From: a virus
Taxonomy: Duplodnaviria; Heunggongvirae; Uroviricota; Caudoviricetes
Reading direction: 5' to 3' (one strand)
Length of the DNA: 36,412 nt
IMG/VR virus record: IMGVR_UViG_2585427969_000016
Positions 1-9,007 of this stretch are shown here, piece after piece. The number at the start of each line of letters is the position of its first letter. Within the stretch, counting starts at the first letter, position 1. Under the pieces are notes generated by a model that worked only from the letters and a program-made list of their open reading frames with translations, searched no databases and was not told the DNA's origin. Made by a program: the position numbers and the translations under genes.

Positions 1-900
1 TTAACGCAACAATGGGCAATCTGGTGGTAATCGACAACGCAACGCCGCCGGAAGTATTTCAATATGAAAGTTTTGTCCGCTCAACGGTTCGCCATCAAGA
101 TTAAAAGTGATTTCGTGTGGGGCTTGTATATCAAACCACGACGAAGCGCCTTCGATAATATTCGGGTTATCTTCGTCAGATTTTAATGTTGATACGAGAG
201 CCGGAAGAATTTCATCGCCGGTAAAAATGCGCAGTTGCAGCAAGCCATCGTTAATTAACGCGTTCGGGCACAATTGCTGACCGCCACCGGCCTGACGCCC
301 GTTACCAATACCAATGACCAGGGCGTCACCTTGCCAGTGAAAGTTTTCACCGCGGATCTCACAACGGTCCGGTTGCAGAGTATCCATGCGCATTAAGCCA
401 TGAATGATGTAAGAGACGCCACCCAGCGCGGCTTTTAATTTTTCCGGCGTTTCTGTGGTAATACGCGTCCCAAATCCGCCTGTCGCCATATTAATAAAAC
501 AGGTTTGTTTGTTGACCTGCGCCATATCTATCGCAATGGCGTCACCGGCAATTGCCAGTTTCAGCGCCTTATCCAGTGCCTCAGGAATCCTTACACTGGT
601 GGCAAAATCATTGGCGGTTCCTAATGGCAAAATTCCTAGCGCGGGTATGTCATCCCCCTCACACTGAATCAACGCCGTAGAAACTTCATTAATGGTGCCA
701 TCGCCACCACCGGCAATCACCGTTGCGACGCCCAACTTCCGGGCCTCCTCTACATATCGTGCGGCATCGCCTTTCTCCCAGGTGACCCGCACATGGATCG
801 TCATTCCTTCCTCACGCAACAGCATAATTGCTTCGCGCAATGGTAAATTGTCAGTACTTTTGCCATTAAGAATCAGTAAGCTGGCGGGAAATTCTGCCAT
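1..900 (-). CDS. yegS: Lipid kinase YegS (host gene, complete)
   Basis: 299-aa ORF with GGDGT diacylglycerol-kinase-type motif; length and sequence match my recollection of E. coli YegS; GC-rich host-like composition. Confidence 0.9.
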   Translation of the reverse strand: MAEFPASLLILNGKSTDNLPLREAIMLLREEGMTIHVRVTWEKGDAARYVEEARKLGVATVIAGGGDGTINEVSTALIQCEGDDIPALGILPLGTANDFATSVRIPEALDKALKLAIAGDAIAIDMAQVNKQTCFINMATGGFGTRITTETPEKLKAALGGVSYIIHGLMRMDTLQPDRCEIRGENFHWQGDALVIGIGNGRQAGGGQQLCPNALINDGLLQLRIFTGDEILPALVSTLKSDEDNPNIIEGASSWFDIQAPHEITFNLDGEPLSGQNFHIEILPAALRCRLPPDCPLLR

Positions 901-1314
901 GATCGTATGTGCCTTTATGATTGGTCTGTAGATAGTGTAGAGCAGAAAAGAAAAGGTGGAGTCAGAACAGGATGAAAGTCGGAGGATAAAAAATCAGTTC
1001 AAGTATAGAGGATTCAGTGGTTACCACCAGGAGCTTGCAATGGGGACAGTGAATGTTAACGGTAGCCATAGGTAAATTTCAAAAAAGAGCATATACCTAA
1101 TATTCAACTAAACAGTGGCATCTTCAATATACTATTAAAAATATATTAACCCCCCCATGGGGTTACCCGGAAGGGCCTCCGTGTATGTAATTCCTACTTA
1201 TGTAGGAAATGTTGTACAGAACATTTATTATAATCCTATTCAATTATAATAATCATGCCATTATTATATTTTAACACCAGAGCGTGTCGTTGGTATTTAA
1301 TGGGGGAAGGTAAG

Positions 1315-1632
1315 ATGAAAAAGATAGCTGCTATATCATTAATTAGTGTTTTTCTTATGTCTGGGTGTGCTGTACATAATGATGAGACAAGTATCGGTAA
1401 ATTTGGTCTTGCATATAAAAGTAATATTCAGCGTAAACTCGATAACCAATACTACACCGAAGCCGAAGCTTCTTTAGCCAGGGGCAGAATTTCTGGTGCA
1501 GAAAATATAGTAAAAAATGATGCAGCTCATTTCTGTGTTACTCAGGGCAAAAAAATGCAGATAGTTGACCTGAAGACAGAAGGTGCAGGATTACATGGCG
1601 TCGCTCGTCTGACATTCAAATGTGGAGAGTGA
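1315..1632 (+). CDS. yegR: Small putative lipoprotein (host gene); 105 aa from the internal ATG of the 125-aa ORF
   Basis: MKK start followed by hydrophobic signal peptide and LMSGC lipobox-like cysteine; position next to yegS matches the recalled E. coli yegR. Confidence 0.6.
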   Translation: MKKIAAISLISVFLMSGCAVHNDETSIGKFGLAYKSNIQRKLDNQYYTEAEASLARGRISGAENIVKNDAAHFCVTQGKKMQIVDLKTEGAGLHGVARLTFKCGE

Positions 1633-1789
1633 GAATATTTTTTGGTAAGCGTCAAACATGCGCGTTCTGGTTGTGCGTAGCCGGAATCTGTACGAGCACG
1701 ATGCCGTTACGTGAAAGGCATCGTGTTATGAAGGGGGATTCTATCGATGTGGTCAATGGAAGACGGTGACCAGGATACGGCTTATGCAT

Positions 1790-1816
1790 AAAAAATAAGC
1801 CCGTGTAAGGGAGATT
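1790..1816. repeat. attL core: 27-bp direct repeat AAAAAATAAGCCCGTGTAAGGGAGATT, identical to attR
   Basis: Exact 27-nt identity with 34880..34906; lies immediately outside the 3' end of the integrase gene. Confidence 0.85.
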
Positions 1817-1895
1817 TAGGGTGTCACCAGTAGGGGCTTTCAACGGTACAATGCGGGTTTGAGCGGCATAAATTACCACTGAAAGCCCTTAAACG

Positions 1896-2909
1896 TTACT
1901 CTACTGTGGACACTGTGTGGACACTCTCGGCCTCAGTACCACCTCTTAGCGGATTAAGAGAAATGGCGTCCTGAAGGTACTCTGGCGCAAAATGAGCGTA
2001 AACCATAGTTTGCTCAATCCGCGTGTGACCTAGTATCCGTTGTAGCGTGATAATACTTCCTCCATTAATCATGAAATGAGTGGCAAAGCTGTGCCTTAGT
2101 GCATGTGTGGCTTGCCCCATTGGCAAATCCGGTTTTATTGCTTTCATTGTTCGTCTGAAGCGAGGGTAATCAGCATCAGGGAATAAAAAACCTCGTTTGT
2201 TATCCGCGATCATTTTGGCAACAGCCTCTGAAATCGGGACGGTGCGTGGTTTGTTTGTTTTCGTTTTAACAAACGTGACGCGGTTATGGATGATATTTTC
2301 TGCTTTCAAACGAGCTGCTTCTCCCCAACGTGCTCCTGTACTCAGGCAAAGAATCGCAATCTTTTTATTGTCGCCGTCAAGTGCTGCAAGCAGTAAGGCA
2401 ATTTCTTCCTGTGTGAGATAGCCTGTTTCTGGTTTTTCCTCCTTAAGCCTCTTTGTCCCTCTGATAGGGTGCTCACCAAAGAATAACTCCGCTTCAATCA
2501 GGGCTGTAAACATGCCGCTAATACATGTTAAATCACGATTGATACTCGAAGGTTTAATACCCTGACTTCTTCGGGTGGCGCAGTACTGGCTGATAAGGGA
2601 TTTCGTGATTTGAAATGCGCATGGGTCATTCGTTATTTTTGTGAAGATTTCAATTTTTCCAAGATTAGATTTCCCATGATCTTCGTGTTTACCCTTTAAA
2701 TCCCACCAGATCTGTGTCAGTTCCGACAGACGTCGTTTGTCTGTTGGTTTTGATAGCCATTCTTTATTGTGGTGGTTGTACAACGTGTATTTTTCGAAAG
2801 CGACAGCTTCGCTTTTCTTATCAAACTTCCTACGGATGCGTTTTCCGTTACGTCCAGTAGGGCGGATGTCCACTTCATATCGACCATCATCGAGTTTTTT
2901 GATTGCCAT
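1896..2909 (-). CDS. int: Tyrosine integrase (P2 Int-like, 337 aa)
   Basis: C-terminal R..HxxR..Y tyrosine-recombinase motifs (ALRHSFATH, HTRIEQTMVYAH); 337 aa like P2 Int; adjacent to attL. Confidence 0.95.
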   Translation of the reverse strand: MAIKKLDDGRYEVDIRPTGRNGKRIRRKFDKKSEAVAFEKYTLYNHHNKEWLSKPTDKRRLSELTQIWWDLKGKHEDHGKSNLGKIEIFTKITNDPCAFQITKSLISQYCATRRSQGIKPSSINRDLTCISGMFTALIEAELFFGEHPIRGTKRLKEEKPETGYLTQEEIALLLAALDGDNKKIAILCLSTGARWGEAARLKAENIIHNRVTFVKTKTNKPRTVPISEAVAKMIADNKRGFLFPDADYPRFRRTMKAIKPDLPMGQATHALRHSFATHFMINGGSIITLQRILGHTRIEQTMVYAHFAPEYLQDAISLNPLRGGTEAESVHTVSTVE

Positions 2910-3024
2910 CAGAAAACCCTCCGAGTGGTACTTTTTTTTGCTACTACTAATCGCTTTTTTCGTGGTGGCTGAAATTTAGCCACCAATAGTAGGCACTTGT
3001 GATGAATATATTCACGATAAATTG

Positions 3025-3324
3025 TTAACCAGTCTTTTGACCGGAGTGGGGCGACGTTGTTTCGTTTTGCCCAAAGTGTGCGAGAGCGGGCGCAATTTGC
3101 CCGGCTTCTGGAGCTACCTGATCAGTCATGAACCACAAAGTATATTTAGTAAATCTAGGATGTTGTAAGACCTTCATTATGGCTTCAACTCCAGCGTTTT
3201 TTGACCGGCTCTCATAGCTCGAAAGTGAGCTGTAGGCTACACCAGTTAATTCACTGAATTCTTTACGGTTTAACCTTTCAGATTCACGGATTAGCTTCAA
3301 CTTCTCCGAAACGTCTATTGACAT
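3025..3324 (-). CDS. C: Immunity repressor C (99 aa from internal ATG; the ORF extends to 3396)
   Basis: Divergent from cox; C-terminal half (FTKYTLWFMT..QIAPALAHFGQNETTSPHSGQKTG) matches recalled P2 C, N-terminal DNA-binding half differs, suggesting a different immunity specificity. Confidence 0.8.
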   Translation of the reverse strand: MSIDVSEKLKLIRESERLNRKEFSELTGVAYSSLSSYESRSKNAGVEAIMKVLQHPRFTKYTLWFMTDQVAPEAGQIAPALAHFGQNETTSPHSGQKTG

Positions 3325-3401
3325 AATTACTCCGATTGCGTAATTTCTTGCTGATAGTGTGAAATGTTGTGCTTCTGGAGTTATCCTTTTAGGCAATAAT
3401 T

Positions 3402-3420
3402 AGCCATTAGGAGCCATTAG
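3402..3420. promoter_or_regulatory. Tandem direct repeat AGCCATTAG-G-AGCCATTAG in the C/cox switch region; candidate operator or Cox-box
   Basis: Two 9-bp copies spaced 10 bp centre to centre, 25 bp upstream of the cox start; P2-type repressors bind direct repeats. Confidence 0.35.
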
Positions 3421-3445
3421 AAGCACTAAGGGAGAATCGTAGCAG

Positions 3446-3721
3446 ATGAATAGACAGCTTGTAAGCGTGACTGATGCCGTGCCTTATCAGGAGTTTGCAA
3501 AACTCATTGGTAAAACTCCAAGAGCTGTAAGGGGCATGATTGAGAAAGGGAAATTACCAGTTATTGAGATTACTGACCCTCAGTCAGTATCGGGGCGTGC
3601 TGGTGAATATTGGGTATACCTTCCGGCATGGAATAACGGACTAAAACTGGCTTATGAAAGCCGTCCTAAAGAGATTCGTGACGGCTGGTTGATGTGGTTA
3701 GGTCTCGGTGAACCACGTTAA
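3446..3721 (+). CDS. cox: Cox (excisionase / early-promoter repressor, 91 aa)
   Basis: 91 aa like P2 Cox with conserved DAVPYQEFAKLIGK..GKLPVI..GRAGEYWVYLPAWNNGLKLAYESRPKEIRDGWLMWLGLGEPR. Confidence 0.92.
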   Translation: MNRQLVSVTDAVPYQEFAKLIGKTPRAVRGMIEKGKLPVIEITDPQSVSGRAGEYWVYLPAWNNGLKLAYESRPKEIRDGWLMWLGLGEPR

Positions 3722-3731
3722 GGAGAACCGT

Positions 3732-3902
3732 ATGAATGAGCCTCGTTGTATTGCTCAGTTATTGCGTAACGAAAGCCCCAGGGCGATTGACTTCACCATC
3801 ACCCACGGTAAGGGGCGTAAGGGAATCATTATCCGCACCAAAAAACAGAGTCCGTTAAAAAAGGCTCTGACCTTTCTGAAAAGCCGGAGGGTCTGGAAAT
3901 GA
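3732..3902 (+). CDS. Small early protein of unknown function (P2 orf78 position)
   Basis: ATG preceded by AGGAG Shine-Dalgarno; position between cox and B. Confidence 0.5.
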   Translation: MNEPRCIAQLLRNESPRAIDFTITHGKGRKGIIIRTKKQSPLKKALTFLKSRRVWK

Positions 3903-4399
3903 CAGTGATGACGCTCAATCTCGTCGAAAAACAGCCAGCAGCTATGCGCCGGATAATTGGTAAGCATCTTGCCGTCCCTCGCTGGCAGGATACATGTGAT
4001 TATTATAATCAGATGATGGAGCGCGAACGGCTAACAGTTTGCTTTCATGCGCAGTTAAAACAACGTCACGCAACGATGCGTTTTGAAGAAATGAACGACG
4101 TCGAACGTGAACGGCTGGTTTGTGCAATTGATGAACTGCGTGGGGCATTCTCAAAACGCCGTCAGGTTGGCGCAAGTGAGTATGCATATATTAGTTTTTT
4201 AACCGTCAGTCAGCGCCGTACTTTATTTATGCACGCACGACTGACAGAAAAAGAATTTAACCAGCCATACTGGCGAATTAATGAAGAATCATGTTACTGG
4301 CGTGATGCTTTATTCCGTGCATTACGTGAATTATTCAGCCTGTTTGAGTATGCACCGACAATTCTGACGTCGGTAAAACCAGAGCAATATCTGCATTAA
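3899..4399 (+). CDS. B: Replication protein B (166 aa)
   Basis: 166 aa, position and length as P2 gpB; stop/start overlap with the upstream ORF. Confidence 0.85.
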   Translation: MTVMTLNLVEKQPAAMRRIIGKHLAVPRWQDTCDYYNQMMERERLTVCFHAQLKQRHATMRFEEMNDVERERLVCAIDELRGAFSKRRQVGASEYAYISFLTVSQRRTLFMHARLTEKEFNQPYWRINEESCYWRDALFRALRELFSLFEYAPTILTSVKPEQYLH

Positions 4400-4462
4400 A
4401 TAATTAACCAGAGTTTTTAACGCACTTAATTGTGCGGGGTTTCTTTTTGCCTGGAGAAAGTC

Positions 4463-4687
4463 ATGCATACAGTTTCTGAAAATCAGTGCGGTAAATACGC
4501 ATTACTGCTGCAACAGGCCAGAACCGAAGCACAGGCCGACGCTGCGACGCGCTTTTCTTCTCATCTTGACGCCATGATTCGCCACATCACAAAGGCGGAG
4601 TTATCCCGCGTGGAGATAGTCGAGCTGCTCAGTCAGGAGTCGGAAAAATTTCACAATATCGGATTGTCTCGCGGGGAGGTGCTTTGA
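4463..4687 (+). CDS. Early hypothetical protein (P2 orf80 position)
   Basis: ATG with GGAG Shine-Dalgarno; synteny. Confidence 0.5.
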   Translation: MHTVSENQCGKYALLLQQARTEAQADAATRFSSHLDAMIRHITKAELSRVEIVELLSQESEKFHNIGLSRGEVL

Positions 4688-4989
4688 TGTCCTGTTCTCG
4701 TTCAGTTGTATTACTGAATAACGCCTTAAAAATCACCGTTATGAAAAATGGCGATTTATCTCTTATTCAACTTGGTCTTGATAAAGAAAAACGCGAAATA
4801 ACTGAGTCTGTTATCGCGATTTATCAGAACGAATTAAATCTCCTGTCTGATGTGGTCAATTTACTTGTTAAACGCGCTGTATTTCACAAGCAAATCTCCT
4901 CCGTGGATGAACTGACGAAATTAACGACAGAAATTGCCAGCTATTGCGCTGATGAATTTAAAAAACTTAACGACAAAAGGAGCTGGTAA
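4684..4989 (+). CDS. Early hypothetical protein (P2 orf81 position)
   Basis: Overlapping stop/start with neighbours; synteny. Confidence 0.55.
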   Translation: MMSCSRSVVLLNNALKITVMKNGDLSLIQLGLDKEKREITESVIAIYQNELNLLSDVVNLLVKRAVFHKQISSVDELTKLTTEIASYCADEFKKLNDKRSW

Positions 4990-5213
4990 TGCCGGACAAC
5001 GTAGATTTTATTCAGGAACAACAGGCTGAATTACTGGAGCGTCAGATTAACGCGGCAAGGGTAAAACATTGCGGTGCTTCTGCGCTGGTTTGCGAAGAGT
5101 GTGACGCGCCAATACCTGCTGCCCGTCGTGCGGCTTATCCGTCAGCCACGCGTTGTGTTTCCTGCCAGTCAGTCTTTGAAGCAAAAAACAAACATTACCG
5201 GAGAACGGCATGA
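4989..5213 (+). CDS. TraR/DksA-family C4 zinc-finger protein (P2 orf82 position)
   Basis: CxxC..(17)..CxxC motif (CEECDAPIPAARRAAYPSATRCVSC) typical of TraR/DksA-type zinc fingers. Confidence 0.7.
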   Translation: MPDNVDFIQEQQAELLERQINAARVKHCGASALVCEECDAPIPAARRAAYPSATRCVSCQSVFEAKNKHYRRTA

Positions 5214-5485
5214 GTATTCGTATTGAAATTGGCGAACGTTATGTCGTTACCAGTGACAGCTTTCAGTTTATTCTCCACGAGAAAAAGAGAGCGGAAAGCG
5301 GTAAAAACGCCGGTCAGGAATGGCTGGCGGTGGTTGGTTATTATCCGAAATTAAGCCAGCTCGTTTCCGGCCTGATGCATCACGATATTCTGACCGGAAG
5401 CGCAAAGTCTTTTGCTGATTTAAACGCGCAGGTTGAGCAACTCAGCAGGCGTTGTTCAGAGGCTTTTGGCTCATATGGCCGTTAA
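5210..5485 (+). CDS. Early hypothetical protein (P2 orf83 position)
   Basis: Synteny; overlaps the start of A. Confidence 0.55.
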   Translation: MSIRIEIGERYVVTSDSFQFILHEKKRAESGKNAGQEWLAVVGYYPKLSQLVSGLMHHDILTGSAKSFADLNAQVEQLSRRCSEAFGSYGR

Positions 5486-7739
5486 AGCCTCCGGGCGTTT
5501 TGTCCCTCCGTCAGCATTTGCCGCAGGCACCGGTAAGGCGTTTACCGGTGCTTATGCATGGAACGCGCCACGCGAGGCTGTCGGGCGCGAAAGACCCCTT
5601 ACACGTGACGAGATGCGTCAGGTGCAAGGGGTTTTATCCACGATTAACCGTCTGCCTTACTTTTTGCGCTCGCTGTTTACTTCACGCTATGACTACATCC
5701 GGCGCAATAAAAGCCCGGTGCACGGGTTTTATTTCCTCACATCCACTTTTCAGCGTCGTTTATGGCCGCGCATTGAGCGTGTGAATCAGCGCCATGAAAT
5801 GAACACCGACGCGTCGTTGCTGTTTCTGGCAGAGCGCGACCAGTATGCGCGCCTGCCGGGGATGAATGACAAGGAGCTGAAAAAGTTTGCTGCCCGTATC
5901 TCATCGCAGCTTTTCATGATGTATGAGGAACTCTGCGATGCCTGGGTTGATGCACATGGCGAAAAAGAATCGCTGTTTACGGATGAGGTGCAGGCTCACC
6001 TCTATGGTCATGTTGCTGGCGCTGCACGTGCTTTCAATATTTCCCCGCTTTACTGGAAAAAATACCGTAAAGGGCAGATGACCACGAGGCAGGCATATTC
6101 TGCCATTGCCCGCCTGTTTAACGATGAGTGGTGGACTCATCAGCTTAAAGGCCAGCGTATGCGCTGGCATGAGGCGTTACTGATTGCTGTCGGGGAGGTC
6201 AATAAAGACCGTTCTCCTTATGCCAGTAAACATGCCATTCGTGATGTGCGTGCGCGCCGCCAGGCAAATCTGGAATTTCTTAAATCGTGTGACCTCGAAA
6301 ACAGGGAAACCGGCGAGCGCATCGACCTTATCAGTAAGGTGATGGGCAGTATTTCTAATCCTGAAATTCGCCGGATGGAGCTGATGAACACCATTGCCGG
6401 TATTGAGCGTTACGCCGCCGCAGAGGGTGATGTGGGGATGTTTATCACGCTGACCGCGCCGTCAAAGTATCACCCGACACGTCAGGTCAGAAAAGGCGAA
6501 AGTAAAACCGTTCAGCTTAATCACGGCTGGAACGATGAGGCATTTAATCCAAAGGATGCGCAGCGTTATCTCTGCCGCATCTGGAGCCTGATGCGCACGG
6601 CATTCAAGGATAATGATTTACAGGTCTACGGTTTGCGTGTCGTCGAGCCACACCACGACGGAACGCCGCACTGGCATATGATGCTTTTTTGTAATCCACG
6701 CCAGCGTAACCAGATTATCGAAATCATGCGTCGCTACGCGCTCAAAGAGGATGGAGACGAAAGAGGAGCTGCGCGAAACCGTTTTCAGGCAAAACACCTT
6801 AACCGGGGCGGTGCTGCGGGATATATCGCGAAATACATTTCAAAAAACATCGACGGCTATGCACTGGATGGTCAGCTCGATAACGACACCGGCAGGCCGC
6901 TGAAAGACACTGCAGCGGCTGTTACCGCATGGGCGTCAACGTGGCGCATCCCGCAATTTAAAACGGTTGGCCTGCCGACAATGGGGGCTTACCGTGAACT
7001 ACGCAAATTGCCGCGCGGCGTCAGCATTGCTGATGAGTTTGACGAGCGCGTCGAGGCTGCACGCGCCGCCGCAGACAGTGGTGATTTTGCGTTGTATATC
7101 AGCGCGCAGGGTGGGGCAAATGTTCCGCGCGATTGTCAGACTGTCAGAGTCGCCCGTAGCCCGTCGGATGACGTTAACGAGTACGAGGAAGAAGTCGAGA
7201 GAGTGGTCGGCATTTACGCACCGCATCTCGGCGCGCGTCATATTCATATCACCAGAACCACGGATTGGCGCATTGTGCCGAAAGTTCCGGTCGTTGAGCC
7301 TTTGACTTTAAAAAGCGGCATCGCCGCGCCTCGGAGTCCTGTCAATAACTGTGGAAAGCTCAACGGTGGTGATACTTCGTTACCGGCTCCCACACCTTCT
7401 GAGCACGCCGCAGCAGTGCTTAATCTGGTTGATGACGGTGTTATCGAATGGAATGACCCGGAGGTTGTGAGGGCGCTCAGAAGCGCATTAAAACACGGCC
7501 TGAGAAGACCAAACCGTCAGCAAAGAAACGGAAGCCCGTTAAAACCACATGAAATTGCACCATCGGCCAGACTGACCCGGTCGGAAAGAATGCAAATCAC
7601 CCGTATCCGCGTTGACCTTGCTCTGAACGGTATCAGGCCGCAGCGATGGGAACTTGAGGCGCTGGCGCGTGGAGCGACATTGGTATATGGCGAAAAAAAA
7701 TTCACATATCAGCTTGTTGATAAGCAGTTTGGTTTTTAA
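5475..7739 (+). CDS. A: Replication initiation endonuclease A (rolling-circle initiator); start taken at the MAVKAS ATG
   Basis: About 755 aa with HUH-type motif (PHWHMMLF) and tyrosine-containing AGYIAKYISKN; position and size as P2 gpA. Confidence 0.9.
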   Translation: MAVKASGRFVPPSAFAAGTGKAFTGAYAWNAPREAVGRERPLTRDEMRQVQGVLSTINRLPYFLRSLFTSRYDYIRRNKSPVHGFYFLTSTFQRRLWPRIERVNQRHEMNTDASLLFLAERDQYARLPGMNDKELKKFAARISSQLFMMYEELCDAWVDAHGEKESLFTDEVQAHLYGHVAGAARAFNISPLYWKKYRKGQMTTRQAYSAIARLFNDEWWTHQLKGQRMRWHEALLIAVGEVNKDRSPYASKHAIRDVRARRQANLEFLKSCDLENRETGERIDLISKVMGSISNPEIRRMELMNTIAGIERYAAAEGDVGMFITLTAPSKYHPTRQVRKGESKTVQLNHGWNDEAFNPKDAQRYLCRIWSLMRTAFKDNDLQVYGLRVVEPHHDGTPHWHMMLFCNPRQRNQIIEIMRRYALKEDGDERGAARNRFQAKHLNRGGAAGYIAKYISKNIDGYALDGQLDNDTGRPLKDTAAAVTAWASTWRIPQFKTVGLPTMGAYRELRKLPRGVSIADEFDERVEAARAAADSGDFALYISAQGGANVPRDCQTVRVARSPSDDVNEYEEEVERVVGIYAPHLGARHIHITRTTDWRIVPKVPVVEPLTLKSGIAAPRSPVNNCGKLNGGDTSLPAPTPSEHAAAVLNLVDDGVIEWNDPEVVRALRSALKHGLRRPNRQQRNGSPLKPHEIAPSARLTRSERMQITRIRVDLALNGIRPQRWELEALARGATLVYGEKKFTYQLVDKQFGF

Positions 7740-8017
7740 TCAAATAGTGTATTAAATGTACTAAAATGTATCTTTTTATATAAAAAACAAAGTGTTGAAT
7801 TAATTCTCGGCTTTTGTATTTTTTAGATCGTAAACCGATTAGTGTTACCAAGAGTATTCAGTTAATAGGGCTTTAATTTTTTGCTTCCCTGTTTTGGTGG
7901 TTATGTGGTACTGTGTTTTTATACAGTTTTTGAGGTTGCTGAGAAATAGAGAATGATAGAGTTATATGCGAGCCTTAGTTTAATTCGTTGTAATTAGGAT
8001 CGGGTATATCATTCGTG

Positions 8018-8128
8018 CTGTCAGTGGTCCTATACCACTAAGCAAAGCAATAGAATCCTACGAATTATTGTTTAAATAGTAACATTGGCAATTATAACGG
8101 CAGTATCTGTGTTTTGTCTGTCAGTGGT
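8018..8128. promoter_or_regulatory. Two copies of CTGTCAGTGGT exactly 100 bp apart in the AT-rich leader of the cargo operon; first copy sits in a hairpin AGTGGT-N5-ACCACT (8023..8039)
   Basis: Exact 11-bp direct repeat at 8018..8028 and 8118..8128 in a 500-bp non-coding region. Confidence 0.3.
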
Positions 8129-8240
8129 TACATCGAGAGTATGTGATTTGCATTACATAACTAGTTGATGTTCCTTAGTTGTAGATAGAAAGTATTCGAT
8201 TTATTATAAGAGTACAAAAATTTATGCTAAGGATACTAGA

Positions 8241-8432
8241 ATGGAGTGGATTACACATATCATCACTTTCTTTGTCGGACTGGGAGCGGGTTGGTCGATT
8301 CGTGTCGTGTTTTCATCTAGAAAGCAAATTGGTAATTCCAGCGTGAACTCAAACAATCATACAGTTACTCAAACTGGTAACAGTGTTACAAATGGAAGTA
8401 TTGTTGGCGGTAATCAGGATAGGTCACATTAA
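8241..8432 (+). CDS. Cargo gene 1: small membrane protein (N-terminal TM helix, Asn/Ser/Thr/Gly-rich tail)
   Basis: ATG with AAGGA Shine-Dalgarno; hydrophobic segment ITHIITFFVGLGAGWSIRVVF; low-GC DNA. Confidence 0.55.
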   Translation: MEWITHIITFFVGLGAGWSIRVVFSSRKQIGNSSVNSNNHTVTQTGNSVTNGSIVGGNQDRSH

Positions 8433-8443
8433 GAGGTGTTGGT

Positions 8444-9007
8444 GTGTCTATCGAACAGTCAGGAAATACCGTAACAAATGGCAACATAATTTCTGGTGAT
8501 CAGACTAATCATATATTCAATTATCCTGTTAAAGGAACTAACCGGGAGATACAGAAACTTTATGAGTGTTTGAAGAGAGGTGATATAGGGGAAGCGGTTC
8601 CGGGGTTTTGTGCTGAACTAGAGCATTATATGTCCCTTCAGCCTGATATTGATGTTCGGGGGTTAGACGCTAAATTACTCGAGAGTAATAGAAAAGATTT
8701 GTTGTTTTTAGCTAAGCAGATGAAGGAAAAAGCAACAAAAGCCATAATGCGTCGCCAGACGTCAAAAACTGCACAAAGAATATTTGTAATAATTTTAGAT
8801 CAAATTCATTTTGATTTTATAACGAAAGTAACACCACTTATAGAAGCGGATAGCTCCAGAGTGATTGTTGATGAGAAAATCGCTTCAATAATTGATGAAT
8901 TATATTCGTCTTTGGGAGAGAACTTGCTAGAGCTAACAGCAAAAGATCTCTTGGGATTACTATTTTTTCTGGGTGGCAATTGCCATATAAGGTGGGATAA
9001 ATGCTAA
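8444..9007 (+). CDS. Cargo gene 2: helical protein of unknown function (GTG start), possible effector/coupling component
   Basis: GTG start 5 nt after strong AAGAGGTG Shine-Dalgarno; N-terminus repeats the GN(S/T)VTNG motif of gene 1; stop overlaps the gene 3 start. Confidence 0.6.
   Translation: MSIEQSGNTVTNGNIISGDQTNHIFNYPVKGTNREIQKLYECLKRGDIGEAVPGFCAELEHYMSLQPDIDVRGLDAKLLESNRKDLLFLAKQMKEKATKAIMRRQTSKTAQRIFVIILDQIHFDFITKVTPLIEADSSRVIVDEKIASIIDELYSSLGENLLELTAKDLLGLLFFLGGNCHIRWDKC

Noticed and set aside
1652-1879. 75-aa minus-strand ORF spanning the attL core
   Set aside because: Overlaps the attachment core and the sRNA-terminator-derived sequence, with no ribosome binding site; most likely non-coding att/arm DNA.
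8241-9007. Cargo genes 1 and 2 as a single frameshifted gene
   Set aside because: The TAA of gene 1 is followed by a strong Shine-Dalgarno and a GTG start in a different frame, and the DNA of the shared motif has diverged, so two genuine genes are more likely than a recent frameshift; the peptide-motif similarity is kept as a separate finding.
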